Positions 7,473 through 16,384 of a stretch of DNA of 43,161 nucleotides are shown here, piece after piece; positions within the stretch are counted from its first letter, which is position 1, and every line of letters starts with the position of its first letter. A program made the position numbers and the translations under genes. The notes below the pieces were generated by a model. That model saw only the letters and a program-made list of their open reading frames with translations. It was not told the DNA's origin and searched no databases. Where the stretch lies: contig CAZTJK010000005.1 of assembly GCA_964613715.1 (NCBI GenBank), positions 1-43,161 of the forward strand, given 5' to 3'. This stretch comes from an uncultured Candidatus Saccharibacteria bacterium (GTDB lineage: Bacteria; Patescibacteriota; Minisyncoccia; Phycocordibacterales; GWA1-40-21).

Positions 7473-8013
7473 AGCAAAAGAACGCATTCTGTTAAATGGT
7501 ACCTATCTGTGGTATTTCGCCGCAGGTATGCTCGGGCCTCTGTTTGCAGTGTTCGCTCAAAAAATCGGCGGCGACATCCTCGAACTTTCATCTGCTTGGG
7601 CGACATATCTCATCGTCAGTGGCATATTGATCATTATCATCGGCCGGCTGTCTGACTCATTCGCACGAAAAGAAATAATCATGATCGCTGGATATGCGCT
7701 GAATGCGGCATGCACGTTCGGCTATCTTTTCGTCAGCACACCACTACATCTCTTTCTCGTCGAAGCGGGCCTCGGCATCGCATCGGCTCTTGCCTGGCCG
7801 ACATGGGATGCGCTCTATGCGAAATACGAAAATAAGGACCATGATGGCTATACCTGGGGCCTTGCTGCCGGCGGAGAATTCCTGATGAGCGGCATCGCAC
7901 TCATTGTCGGGGGCGCAATCGTCGCACATTTTTCATTCAAAACTCTTTTTATCGTAATGGGGAGCGTGCAAACAATCGCCACACTTTATCAGGCACGTAT
8001 ACTGGCAAAGTAA
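7465..8013 (+). CDS. Half-size (about 6 TM) MFS-type membrane protein
   Basis: GRLSDSFARK matches MFS motif A; six hydrophobic segments; ATG 7465 overlaps the pnp stop. Confidence 0.8.
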   Translation: MLEAKERILLNGTYLWYFAAGMLGPLFAVFAQKIGGDILELSSAWATYLIVSGILIIIIGRLSDSFARKEIIMIAGYALNAACTFGYLFVSTPLHLFLVEAGLGIASALAWPTWDALYAKYENKDHDGYTWGLAAGGEFLMSGIALIVGGAIVAHFSFKTLFIVMGSVQTIATLYQARILAK

Positions 8014-8061
8014 GTTGCTGCGACAAAAGCACGGGCGTTTAGTATAATCGTACTACACCCT

Positions 8062-9138
8062 ATGGACGAGGAAAAAAATACTTCGCAAAATCCTATCGAC
8101 AACAAGCTGCGGGAAGCGGTGAGCAATGAATTGCGCGCATATACCGATACTGCGGCTGCCGATCTTATGCCGGCGAGAGCCCCTGCGCCGACTCCTGAAC
8201 CAAAAACGGCGCCAATTCCGGCGGCGCTTGCCCCACATGCTGCGCAGCCGATCGTGCGCACCTATAAGAGCGATATGGAAGAGGCGATACAGACGGGACA
8301 TCTGTCATCTATCAGCATGGCAGTGAGCGAAAATGCAAAGCTCCTGAAAAATGCCCGGCAAGGCGAAATCGAGGAAAAAAAAGCTAAAATCAATAAGAAT
8401 ATACTGATCCTGAGCATCGTCCTTGTATTCGGCGGCATGCTCGCGCTCCTAATTCCATACGTATTGACCAAGCAACAGCAAGTCGCAAAAACGCAGCCGA
8501 CGCAGACCATCTCGGTAAAAGCATTATTGACGCCGGATCTTGAAGAAAAAATAAATATCAATGCTATCGACAGCACGCGCTTCGGCGCAGCAATGAAGCA
8601 GCATATCGATCAGTCGTCAATCACGCTCGGTCAAGTCAAGAATCTGCTCGTGGTAAAAACAGGAGATACCGGAGATCAGGCAGTCAGTGCGAATGATTTT
8701 CTCGCCCTGATCCAAGCGCGGGTACCGGACGATATAGCCCGTACGCTTCGACCGGAATATATGTTCGGCGTGCATAATTTCAACGGCAATCAGGAATTCC
8801 TGATCTTGAAAGTCGGTTCCTATGACACAGCATTTTCCGGCATGCTCGCCTGGGAACAGAGCCTGTGGCAGGATTTCAGAAACCTCTTCGGCCTGCAATC
8901 AACCGCCACAAGCACCGATACCACAGCAACGGACGAGCAGAATTTCGGCATCACGATACAGAAATTCCAGGATGCGACATTCGCCAACAAGGATTGCCGG
9001 GTCGTACGGAATGCATCCGGCGCCATCGTATTCCTCTATTCGATCATCGATGAAAATACGGTGGTCATCGCGACGAGTGTTGATACGCTCAAGGAAATCA
9101 TTACGCGGCTGAATCGGGCAAAATCCGTCACGCAATAG
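8062..9138 (+). CDS. Single-pass membrane hypothetical protein (RTYKSD motif family of Parcubacteria)
   Basis: 358 aa; Pro-rich cytoplasmic N-terminus, IVRTYKSDMEEA motif, one TM (ILILSIVLVFGGMLALLIPYV), extracellular C-domain. Confidence 0.75.
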   Translation: MDEEKNTSQNPIDNKLREAVSNELRAYTDTAAADLMPARAPAPTPEPKTAPIPAALAPHAAQPIVRTYKSDMEEAIQTGHLSSISMAVSENAKLLKNARQGEIEEKKAKINKNILILSIVLVFGGMLALLIPYVLTKQQQVAKTQPTQTISVKALLTPDLEEKININAIDSTRFGAAMKQHIDQSSITLGQVKNLLVVKTGDTGDQAVSANDFLALIQARVPDDIARTLRPEYMFGVHNFNGNQEFLILKVGSYDTAFSGMLAWEQSLWQDFRNLFGLQSTATSTDTTATDEQNFGITIQKFQDATFANKDCRVVRNASGAIVFLYSIIDENTVVIATSVDTLKEIITRLNRAKSVTQ

Positions 9139-9169
9139 CATGCTGCCGTTTTTCTGATACAATACTTAC

Positions 9170-9520
9170 ATGAAAGAAACCGATATATTCAAACAGAAGC
9201 TCGAGAAAGAACTGAAAACCCTCGAACAGGAGCTATCCGGCATTGCAGAAAAAAATGCACATGGCGGCTGGGATGCGATAGAGACGGAAATAGACTCTGA
9301 TCATGCGGATGATAATGATGTAGCGGACAATATGGAGAGTTTTGAAGAAAACCGTGCGATCGTCGAGAAGCTTGCCGCACAATATTCGGATGTCGAAGCA
9401 GCCCTCGGAAAAATAAAGGCTGGCACGTATGGCACCTGCGATGTCTGCGGCGAACGAATCCCAGAAAAGCGGCTTACGGCAAATCCCGCCGCGCGCACCT
9501 GCATCGCGCACGCAAAATAA
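9170..9520 (+). CDS. DksA/TraR C4-type zinc-finger protein
   Basis: Coiled coil with DDNDVA tip; YGTCDVCGERI..RL.ANP.ARTCIAH zinc finger; leaderless TGaTACAAT 6 nt upstream. Confidence 0.9.
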   Translation: MKETDIFKQKLEKELKTLEQELSGIAEKNAHGGWDAIETEIDSDHADDNDVADNMESFEENRAIVEKLAAQYSDVEAALGKIKAGTYGTCDVCGERIPEKRLTANPAARTCIAHAK

Positions 9521-9545
9521 ATCCGCGACTCTGTCGCGGATTTTT
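9519..9545 (+). terminator. Intrinsic terminator
   Basis: AAATCCGCGAC-TCT-GTCGCGGATTT plus U-tract. Confidence 0.8.
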
Positions 9546-9596
9546 GCTTTCAGAGAGAAATATGCAATAATTGAGCGGAATTTTTATTGCGTACCC

Positions 9597-11150
9597 ATGT
9601 CGTTTGCAAAAACATACGCGGCGCAGACAGTCGGTCTCGGCGCGCACATCATTGATGTCGAAGTTGATCTCTCGAAAGGGCTGCATGCATTTGCCATTGT
9701 CGGCCTGCCGGACAAGGGCGTCGAGGAATCTCGCGACCGCGTGAGTGCTGCTATCAAGAATTCTGGTTTTACCTCTCCAAAAAGCCAGAATCAGAAAGTG
9801 GTCGTATCCTTAGCCCCTGCAGATATCAAAAAAGAGGGGCCTGCATTCGATGTTGCGATCGCGCTCGCATATCTTACCGCCCACGACGATATCCGCTTCG
9901 ATCCGACGGGCAGGCTCTTTCTCGGCGAGCTGTCGCTTGATGGTAATCTCCGAAAAATAAATGGCATCCTGCCCATCACACGTGCGGCGAAAGCCCAGGG
10001 CTTCCGCGAAATATTCCTGCCGCAAGAGAATGCTCGCGAAGCAGCGCTCGTTTCAGGCATCGTAATATACGGCGCAAGCAAGCTCACGGATATCATCAAT
10101 CACATAAACGCGAAGGAAACAAAAGCGACACAAGCGCCTCTGCGCAAGCTCTTGCCGCAGCCAAAAACCGACATGCCGGCGGAAACATATTCGATTGAGA
10201 TCGATATCGCCGATATCAAAGGTCAGGAAACAGCAAAGCGTGGGCTTGAGATCGCCGCAGCTGGCGGACACAATATCGCCATGTACGGGCCGCCAGGCAC
10301 TGGCAAGACCATGCTCGCAAAAGCATTCGGCGCTCTCCTGCCACCTTTGTCATTCGAGGAAATACTCGAGATCACCTCGATCCATTCGGTAGCTGGCACG
10401 CTGAAAAAAGATATCGTGACTCGGCATCCTGTCCGCGCGCCGCATCACACTGCTTCATATGTTTCAATTGTCGGCGGCGGCACGGTGCCGAAGCCGGGAG
10501 AAATCACCCTCGCGCATCGCGGCGTGCTTTTTCTCGACGAATTTCCCGAATTCGACAAGAAAGTCATCGAGACACTCCGCGAGCCGCTCGAGGAAGGAGA
10601 GATAAATATCTCACGCGCCAAAGGCACCCGCGCATTCCCTGCGAATTTTATCCTCATTGCGGCCATGAACCCGTGCCCGTGCGGGAACGCCGGCTCAAAG
10701 ACAAAAGAATGCATCTGCAAGCCGCAGGATCTTGCCCGATATGAGCGGAAAATCTCTGGGCCGATCATCGACCGCATCGATATGTGGGTAGAAGTATCAG
10801 AAATCGACTATGACAAATTATCGCGCACAACACATGCTCCCGAAACGCCAAATATCCGCAAGCGCGTGCATGCGGCCCGCGAAAAACAGCAGCGGCGATT
10901 TGCTCATCTTGCAGATGCCCGCACCAATAGCGATATGAACGCAAAAGACATCGAAGCACTTATTCCCTTGTCGAGCGCAATCAAGGAAATACTGAATACC
11001 TCGGCCAAAAAGCTCGGGCTTTCTGCTCGGGCATATCATCGGGTGATCAAACTCGCCCGCACCATCGCCGATCTCGAAGAAAGCGAGGAGGTGCTGGTAC
11101 CTCATGTTCTCGAAGCATTGCAATACCGGCCAAAACGAATCATCGCATAA
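9597..11150 (+). CDS. yifB: YifB/ComM Mg-chelatase-like AAA+ helicase
   Basis: IVGLPDKGVEESRDRV, GELSLDG, Walker A GPPGTGKT, LFLDEFPEF, AMNPCPCG, ISGPIIDRID, LSARAYHR. Confidence 0.95.
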   Translation: MSFAKTYAAQTVGLGAHIIDVEVDLSKGLHAFAIVGLPDKGVEESRDRVSAAIKNSGFTSPKSQNQKVVVSLAPADIKKEGPAFDVAIALAYLTAHDDIRFDPTGRLFLGELSLDGNLRKINGILPITRAAKAQGFREIFLPQENAREAALVSGIVIYGASKLTDIINHINAKETKATQAPLRKLLPQPKTDMPAETYSIEIDIADIKGQETAKRGLEIAAAGGHNIAMYGPPGTGKTMLAKAFGALLPPLSFEEILEITSIHSVAGTLKKDIVTRHPVRAPHHTASYVSIVGGGTVPKPGEITLAHRGVLFLDEFPEFDKKVIETLREPLEEGEINISRAKGTRAFPANFILIAAMNPCPCGNAGSKTKECICKPQDLARYERKISGPIIDRIDMWVEVSEIDYDKLSRTTHAPETPNIRKRVHAAREKQQRRFAHLADARTNSDMNAKDIEALIPLSSAIKEILNTSAKKLGLSARAYHRVIKLARTIADLEESEEVLVPHVLEALQYRPKRIIA

Positions 11151-11152
11151 GA

Positions 11153-11177
11153 AAAACAGGCTTGGAGAGCCTGTTTT
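11153..11177. terminator. Bidirectional terminator
   Basis: AAAACAGGCT-TGGAG-AGCCTGTTTT between convergent yifB and M23 genes. Confidence 0.8.
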
Positions 11178-12264
11178 AATTTGCAAATGGATTTTTCGCG
11201 CCGCGGACTTCGAAATGCAGATGCGGACCGGTCGAATCTCCAGTATTACCCGACAAACCAATCATTTGTCCCTGTGATACCTTGTCTCCCGGTGAAACGA
11301 AATTGCCGCTCAAGTGAGCATAGAGCGTCTGCGTGCCATTGTAATGCGAGATAACGATATAGCGTCCATATCCGCCATTCCAGCCGGATGTACGCGAAAT
11401 GATGACTTCGCCGGCTGCTGCTGCAAATACTGTCGAGCCGACTGGTGTACCGAGGTCGACAGCATTCCAGCCGTGCAGTCCCTGCGTAAGCACGCCACCG
11501 GCAAGGGGACGAATATAATAGCCGGGATAATCAGGGCCGTCGCCGCCGCGGAATGGGTTGTACGGTGCGCGGTGCGAAGTGCGCGCGGTAGAAAATACCG
11601 ATGAGCCGATCGTGCCACCTTCGCCATCCGGAATGATAATCGAATCGCCGACCGCAAGCGATGACGAAGCATCAACTCCGTTGAACTGAGCGATTTCATC
11701 GATATCAGCCTTATATTTCTTAGCGATCGACTTGAGCGTATCGCCGGCAGCCACCGTATGGAGCGTGCCCGAGACGGGCAGAATCACGAGAGTTTGTCCT
11801 TCATGAAGGGTTCCGACCGTCACATCATTTGCCCAAATGATCGTATTGACCGATACGCCGAACATTTTTGCAATCGAAGAAAGGGTATCGCCCTTGTGCA
11901 CGGTATATTTGCTGATCTGGCCGTTGTTTTCGGTATCTGGTACATCGGCAAGCGTGCCTGAGGGGCCCGTTGCAGATATAAGTGCTTCATTGCCAACCAC
12001 CAAAATATCGCCACCGCCGACGCCACCAGAGGTTGAAAGGCCGGTTGAACTATGCAGTACCGGGACATTCTGCGAATTCAGGTCCTCGCTTACCGCAACT
12101 TTTGCATCAGTGCCGATTCCGAGAAGATTCGTTATGGCTGAAAAGAGGCCTGCATTAGCAACAAATGGCATACCGGAGAGGGAAGAAACGAACAAAAAGA
12201 CAGCCAGCCATTCTGAATACATGGCTAAAAACAATGACTTTATGGAATGACCCTGCTTTTGCAC
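11176..12264 (-). CDS. Secreted 2xLysM + M23 peptidase (peptidoglycan hydrolase family)
   Basis: Two LysM repeats ([28 protein letters not shown]), [25 protein letters not shown]; start codon uncertain. Confidence 0.92.
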   Translation of the reverse strand: MQKQGHSIKSLFLAMYSEWLAVFLFVSSLSGMPFVANAGLFSAITNLLGIGTDAKVAVSEDLNSQNVPVLHSSTGLSTSGGVGGGDILVVGNEALISATGPSGTLADVPDTENNGQISKYTVHKGDTLSSIAKMFGVSVNTIIWANDVTVGTLHEGQTLVILPVSGTLHTVAAGDTLKSIAKKYKADIDEIAQFNGVDASSSLAVGDSIIIPDGEGGTIGSSVFSTARTSHRAPYNPFRGGDGPDYPGYYIRPLAGGVLTQGLHGWNAVDLGTPVGSTVFAAAAGEVIISRTSGWNGGYGRYIVISHYNGTQTLYAHLSGNFVSPGDKVSQGQMIGLSGNTGDSTGPHLHFEVRGAKNPFAN

Positions 12265-12401
12265 CTTATGCTTCGGGCCAACTATTGGTTTTTTCTCTAA
12301 AATAAGCCTATTTTCTTAAGGGAATTCTATCGGTTCTGTATTTATATGGCTCTGTTGAGCCATATAATAATCTGACAGCCTGGCGTTCAGGACAAATATT
12401 A

Positions 12402-12429
12402 ATGATACTATCTGCCGGCCCTCCGTCAA
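12402..12429 (-). promoter_or_regulatory. Sigma70-type promoter for LysM-M23 gene
   Basis: TTGACG-16 nt-TATCAT, about 130 nt upstream of the ORF start. Confidence 0.55.
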
Positions 12430-12457
12430 CAGGCTTATCAACATGCAATTGAAAAAG

Positions 12458-12489
12458 AAAAGACCTATCGCAACTCTGCGATAGGTCTT
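12458..12489 (-). terminator. Terminator of the 12501-13538 gene
   Basis: 13-bp stem AAGACCTATCGCA/TGCGATAGGTCTT followed by U-tract on minus. Confidence 0.85.
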
Positions 12490-12500
12490 AAAACCTCCTT

Positions 12501-13538
12501 TTATAGTGCCTGGGAAGGCAGTTTCATGCCGGCTTTCTCGAATGCCCGCTCGATGACAGCCTGCGGATTGTCGAAAAAGAACGTGGCTGAGCCGGAAAAC
12601 GACCGCGCATCGTCTGCTATCGACTTCCTGTCTATCAAGATAGTATCACCCTGAAAGCTGAAGTACGCCCAGCGATGCTCGCTTGAATGCTTCCAGGGAT
12701 AGACTTCGTCCCCAGCGCAATCGATTGCCAAGTCATCACTGCTCTCGAGGCGCTTCTGATGCATGACAAGCATGACTGCTATCTCGAATGCTCCGAGACC
12801 GAATTCTCCTTTCCCTTGATTCCGGAGCGCTCTGTCAATGGATTCTCCGCCATGCAACTTGCCGAATTGTGCGGGGAATATCAAAATACCGGCATCCTTC
12901 TGTTTTACGATAAGCTCAAGCATCGCGGCCTCTTTCAGCCGGCTTTCCCGCAAGTGCTGGAAACCGGGCCCCAGCTGACGCATACGCGAGAAGAACTTAG
13001 CTATGCGCGAGGGAGGCTGTTGACTCTGTTCCTCGCTCATATACTCGCTCTCCCGAAACATGCCGCCGCGGACCCGCTTGAGAACCGCGAAGGCAGCTTC
13101 AGCAGCAGTATCATATCTGTCGCCAAATATCGCCGGGTATTTGCGCCAATTCGGAACTGCGAACCAGCCTTCTGCGCCAGCCGGCATTTTCGAAAGGCCT
13201 TGCAGCACCCATGAATAGAGCTCGGGATTCGGATCTTCGATGCCTGGAAAAAATTCCTTGAGCACTTTGATCTGGCTCGCCAGACTCACCGGAGTCTGAT
13301 ATCTCGTGTATCCGTATTCCGGCACGACTTCGCGCCTCGAATCCGAAAGCTCATATGCTGTATCCGAGGCGGCTTTCAGTATCGCCGCTTCGAATTTCGC
13401 GCAACCTTTCAAAAGCGCGGTTGCATTATGCTTGGTATACCGGCTTGCCTTCTCGGCCATCATTTCGGCAAGGCGATTGCCAATGCGAAGGCACATCGCT
13501 CGGATATCCTTTTCCTGCGACTGCGTCATCAGATCCAT
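12501..13538 (-). CDS. Hypothetical protein, Parcubacteria family with QFGxxHxG.S...EFGLG.F...IDCAGDE C-domain
   Basis: 345-aa ORF; AGGGGG SD before ATG 13538; TTGACA-16-TAGCAT promoter at ~13575-13602; own terminator. Confidence 0.75.
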   Translation of the reverse strand: MDLMTQSQEKDIRAMCLRIGNRLAEMMAEKASRYTKHNATALLKGCAKFEAAILKAASDTAYELSDSRREVVPEYGYTRYQTPVSLASQIKVLKEFFPGIEDPNPELYSWVLQGLSKMPAGAEGWFAVPNWRKYPAIFGDRYDTAAEAAFAVLKRVRGGMFRESEYMSEEQSQQPPSRIAKFFSRMRQLGPGFQHLRESRLKEAAMLELIVKQKDAGILIFPAQFGKLHGGESIDRALRNQGKGEFGLGAFEIAVMLVMHQKRLESSDDLAIDCAGDEVYPWKHSSEHRWAYFSFQGDTILIDRKSIADDARSFSGSATFFFDNPQAVIERAFEKAGMKLPSQAL

Positions 13539-13632
13539 AGACACCCCCTATGATTGAGTGAACATCTGAAGCAAATGCTATTCCTGAAACAATATATGTC
13601 AAGAAAATGAGCAGCCATGCTATAGTGGAAAA

Positions 13633-15579
13633 ATGCAGTATGTTGCGGGACTCAATGAACGACAAAAAGAGGCTATTCTGCAGAAAAATGGCCCTGTTCT
13701 TGTCATTGCCGGGGCGGGTGCTGGTAAGACAAAGACCATCGTGCACCGGATACTCCACCTTATAAAGGAAGGTGTGGCTCCAGAGCATATTCTGGCTATT
13801 ACCTTCACGAATAAAGCGGCTCGAGAAATGCGGGAACGGGTTGAAGCCATGCTTGCAAGCGACCGGGACCTTAACCTGCCTATTTCATTTGCCGGAAAAC
13901 CGTTCATGAGCACGTTCCACTCGCTCGGCGTCCATATCATAAAGGAGAATGCCCGACTTGCTGGCCTGACTCGCCACTTCGCCATCATGGACAGGAGCGA
14001 CTCGGTGAAAGTCGTCAAAGACTGCCTGAAAAAGCTCGATATCGATCCGAAGCAGTTCGAACCGGGCAAAATACTCAATATTATCTCGCGCGAAAAAGGG
14101 AATTGCATGACGGCAAACGAATACAGCGCGGGCATCGAGACAAAAGGGTATACCGTGCAGGCGGTCGTCGCAAAAGTCTGGCCGATGTATGAAGCGAAGC
14201 TTCGCGAAGAAAAAGCGGTCGACTTCGATGATCTCTTGTTGAAGACCTATGAGCTTTTGCGCGACCATGCCGACGTGCGTGAGCACTATCAGCGACTCTG
14301 GCAATACATTCATGTCGATGAATATCAGGATACGAATATCGTGCAGTACAAGATCGTGCGACTGCTTGCCGAGAAGCATCAGAATATCTGCGTGGTCGGC
14401 GATATCGATCAGTCAATCTACAGCTGGCGTGGCGCGGACATCCAGAATATCCTCAACTTTGAAAAGGATTATCCGGATGCAAAGGTAGTGCTGCTTGAAG
14501 AAAATTATCGCTCGACGCAGACCATCCTCGCTATTGCAAATGATGTGATCCGGAGAAACGCCCTGCGCCGCGAAAAGAATCTCTTCACGAAAAATGCAGA
14601 GGGAGAGAAGGCGTCATTCCTCAAAGCGCTGAATGAGACGGAAGAAGCGCGATTCGTCGCGAGAAAATCGGGCGAGCTTATCGCACGCGGCGTATCGGCG
14701 CGCGAAATCGCAGTACTCTACCGCGCAAATTTCCAGTCGCGCATTCTCGAAGAGGCGATGCTCGCGGAAAGCGTGCCCTATCAGGTGCTCGGCACCAAAT
14801 TCTTCGAGCGAAAAGAAGTGAAGGATGTGCTTGCATACCTGCGAGCCGGGCTCAACCCCGACAGCCTCACTGATGTGAAGCGCATCATCAATATCCCGGC
14901 ACGCGGCATCGGCAAAGTGACCGTGCTCAAGATATTCGAGGGAAACAAAGCGGCGCTCCCGGCTGCGGTACAGCAAAAAGTATCCTTATTTTACAAACTG
15001 CTTGAGAATATACGGAAAGAAACTGCGGAGAAAAAGCCATCGGATATCATCAAATACATCATCAAGGAAAGCGGACTTGAAGCAGAGCTTGCCAAAGGCA
15101 CCGAGGAAGAAAAAGAGCGTCTCGAAAACATGCGCGAGCTCGCGACCCTTGCTATCAAATATGACCATCTGCCGAAGCCAGAGGGTATCGAGAAACTGCT
15201 TGAAGAAGCAGCGCTTGCAACTGATCAGGACACGCTCGAGAAAAATGAGAATGCCGTGAAGCTCATGACCGTGCATGCATCGAAAGGCCTTGAGTTTGAT
15301 TATGTCTTCATCACCGGCCTCGAGCAGGATCTTTTTCCGCATCAAGCTATCGGCACGGAAGAAAAGACCCCGGAAGAGAAAGAGGAGGAACGCCGGCTTT
15401 TCTATGTCGCGCTCACTCGCGCGCGCAAAAAGCTCTATCTGACGTATGCCGAAATGCGCACAATATTCGGATCGCTGCAGATGAACCTGCCATCGGAATT
15501 CTTTGGCGATTTCGACAATAGCCTGCTCGAACCCGAGCAATTTGAATTCAGAGACAAAATAATCTATCTTGACTGGTAA
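13633..15579 (+). CDS. pcrA: UvrD/PcrA SF1 DNA helicase
   Basis: AGAGAGKT, TFTNKAAREM, VDEYQD, VGDIDQSIYSWRGA, LEENYRS, MTVHASKGLEF, EERRLFYVALTRA. Confidence 0.97.
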   Translation: MQYVAGLNERQKEAILQKNGPVLVIAGAGAGKTKTIVHRILHLIKEGVAPEHILAITFTNKAAREMRERVEAMLASDRDLNLPISFAGKPFMSTFHSLGVHIIKENARLAGLTRHFAIMDRSDSVKVVKDCLKKLDIDPKQFEPGKILNIISREKGNCMTANEYSAGIETKGYTVQAVVAKVWPMYEAKLREEKAVDFDDLLLKTYELLRDHADVREHYQRLWQYIHVDEYQDTNIVQYKIVRLLAEKHQNICVVGDIDQSIYSWRGADIQNILNFEKDYPDAKVVLLEENYRSTQTILAIANDVIRRNALRREKNLFTKNAEGEKASFLKALNETEEARFVARKSGELIARGVSAREIAVLYRANFQSRILEEAMLAESVPYQVLGTKFFERKEVKDVLAYLRAGLNPDSLTDVKRIINIPARGIGKVTVLKIFEGNKAALPAAVQQKVSLFYKLLENIRKETAEKKPSDIIKYIIKESGLEAELAKGTEEEKERLENMRELATLAIKYDHLPKPEGIEKLLEEAALATDQDTLEKNENAVKLMTVHASKGLEFDYVFITGLEQDLFPHQAIGTEEKTPEEKEEERRLFYVALTRARKKLYLTYAEMRTIFGSLQMNLPSEFFGDFDNSLLEPEQFEFRDKIIYLDW

Positions 15580-16361
15580 TGGAACAGATTCACGCAAAAA
15601 AATCTCTTGGACAAAATTTCCTGAAGTCGAAGAAAGCCTTGTCGGCGATGATCGCTGCAGGAAATATTTCAGCCGGTGATACCGTGCTCGAGATCGGCCC
15701 GGGGCAAGGAGCGCTCACTGAACAACTGCTGGCAACCGGCGCGAATATAATTGCCGTGGAAAAAGATGATCGGCTCATTCCTATTCTTACAGAGAAATTC
15801 CAAAAAGAGATTACAGCAGGACAATTAAAAATTATTCGCAGAGATATTCTGGAACTCGATTTTGATTTCTTGAAAAACCACCAATATAAGCTTGTCGCGA
15901 ATATCCCGTATTACATCACCGGTCTCATTTTCAGGAAATTTCTCGAGGGTCCGGTGCAGCCATCTGTCATCGTCATCATGGTGCAAAAGGAAATTGCCGA
16001 CCGCATCGTCGCCCGAGATGGCAAGGAAAGCCTCCTATCGCTTTCGGTAAAGGCCTATGGCGAAGCGAAAAAAGTCATGAAGGTGGAAAAAGAGCATTTC
16101 AGCCCAAAGCCGAAGGTAGATTCAGCCATCCTTGCCATCACAGGCATCTCGAAGGATTTCTTCCAAGGATTTGCGGAAAAGAGATTTTTCCAGGTCCTCA
16201 AAGCTGGATTCGCACATAAGCGGAAAGTGCTTTCGGCGAATTGCAAGCCGCTTTTCGGCGCACGGACAGCCGATATATTCGCAAAGATCGGCATCGCACC
16301 AAAAGCGCGGGCTGAGGACCTGACACTTGACGAGTGGCGCGCGCTTGCACTTTCGCTTTAG
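15579..16361 (+). CDS. rsmA: 16S rRNA m6,2A dimethyltransferase KsgA
   Basis: AKKSLGQNFL, EIGPGQG, ANIPYYIT, MVQKE; TAATG coupling to pcrA. Confidence 0.97.
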   Translation: MEQIHAKKSLGQNFLKSKKALSAMIAAGNISAGDTVLEIGPGQGALTEQLLATGANIIAVEKDDRLIPILTEKFQKEITAGQLKIIRRDILELDFDFLKNHQYKLVANIPYYITGLIFRKFLEGPVQPSVIVIMVQKEIADRIVARDGKESLLSLSVKAYGEAKKVMKVEKEHFSPKPKVDSAILAITGISKDFFQGFAEKRFFQVLKAGFAHKRKVLSANCKPLFGARTADIFAKIGIAPKARAEDLTLDEWRALALSL

Positions 16362-16384
16362 GGGTCATTTGATACAATGTGTGC

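Noticed and set aside
690-13538. Complete diversity-generating retroelement
   Set aside because: No reverse transcriptase (YxDD) ORF or Avd; neither RNA candidate resembles the 3' ends of the two putative target genes
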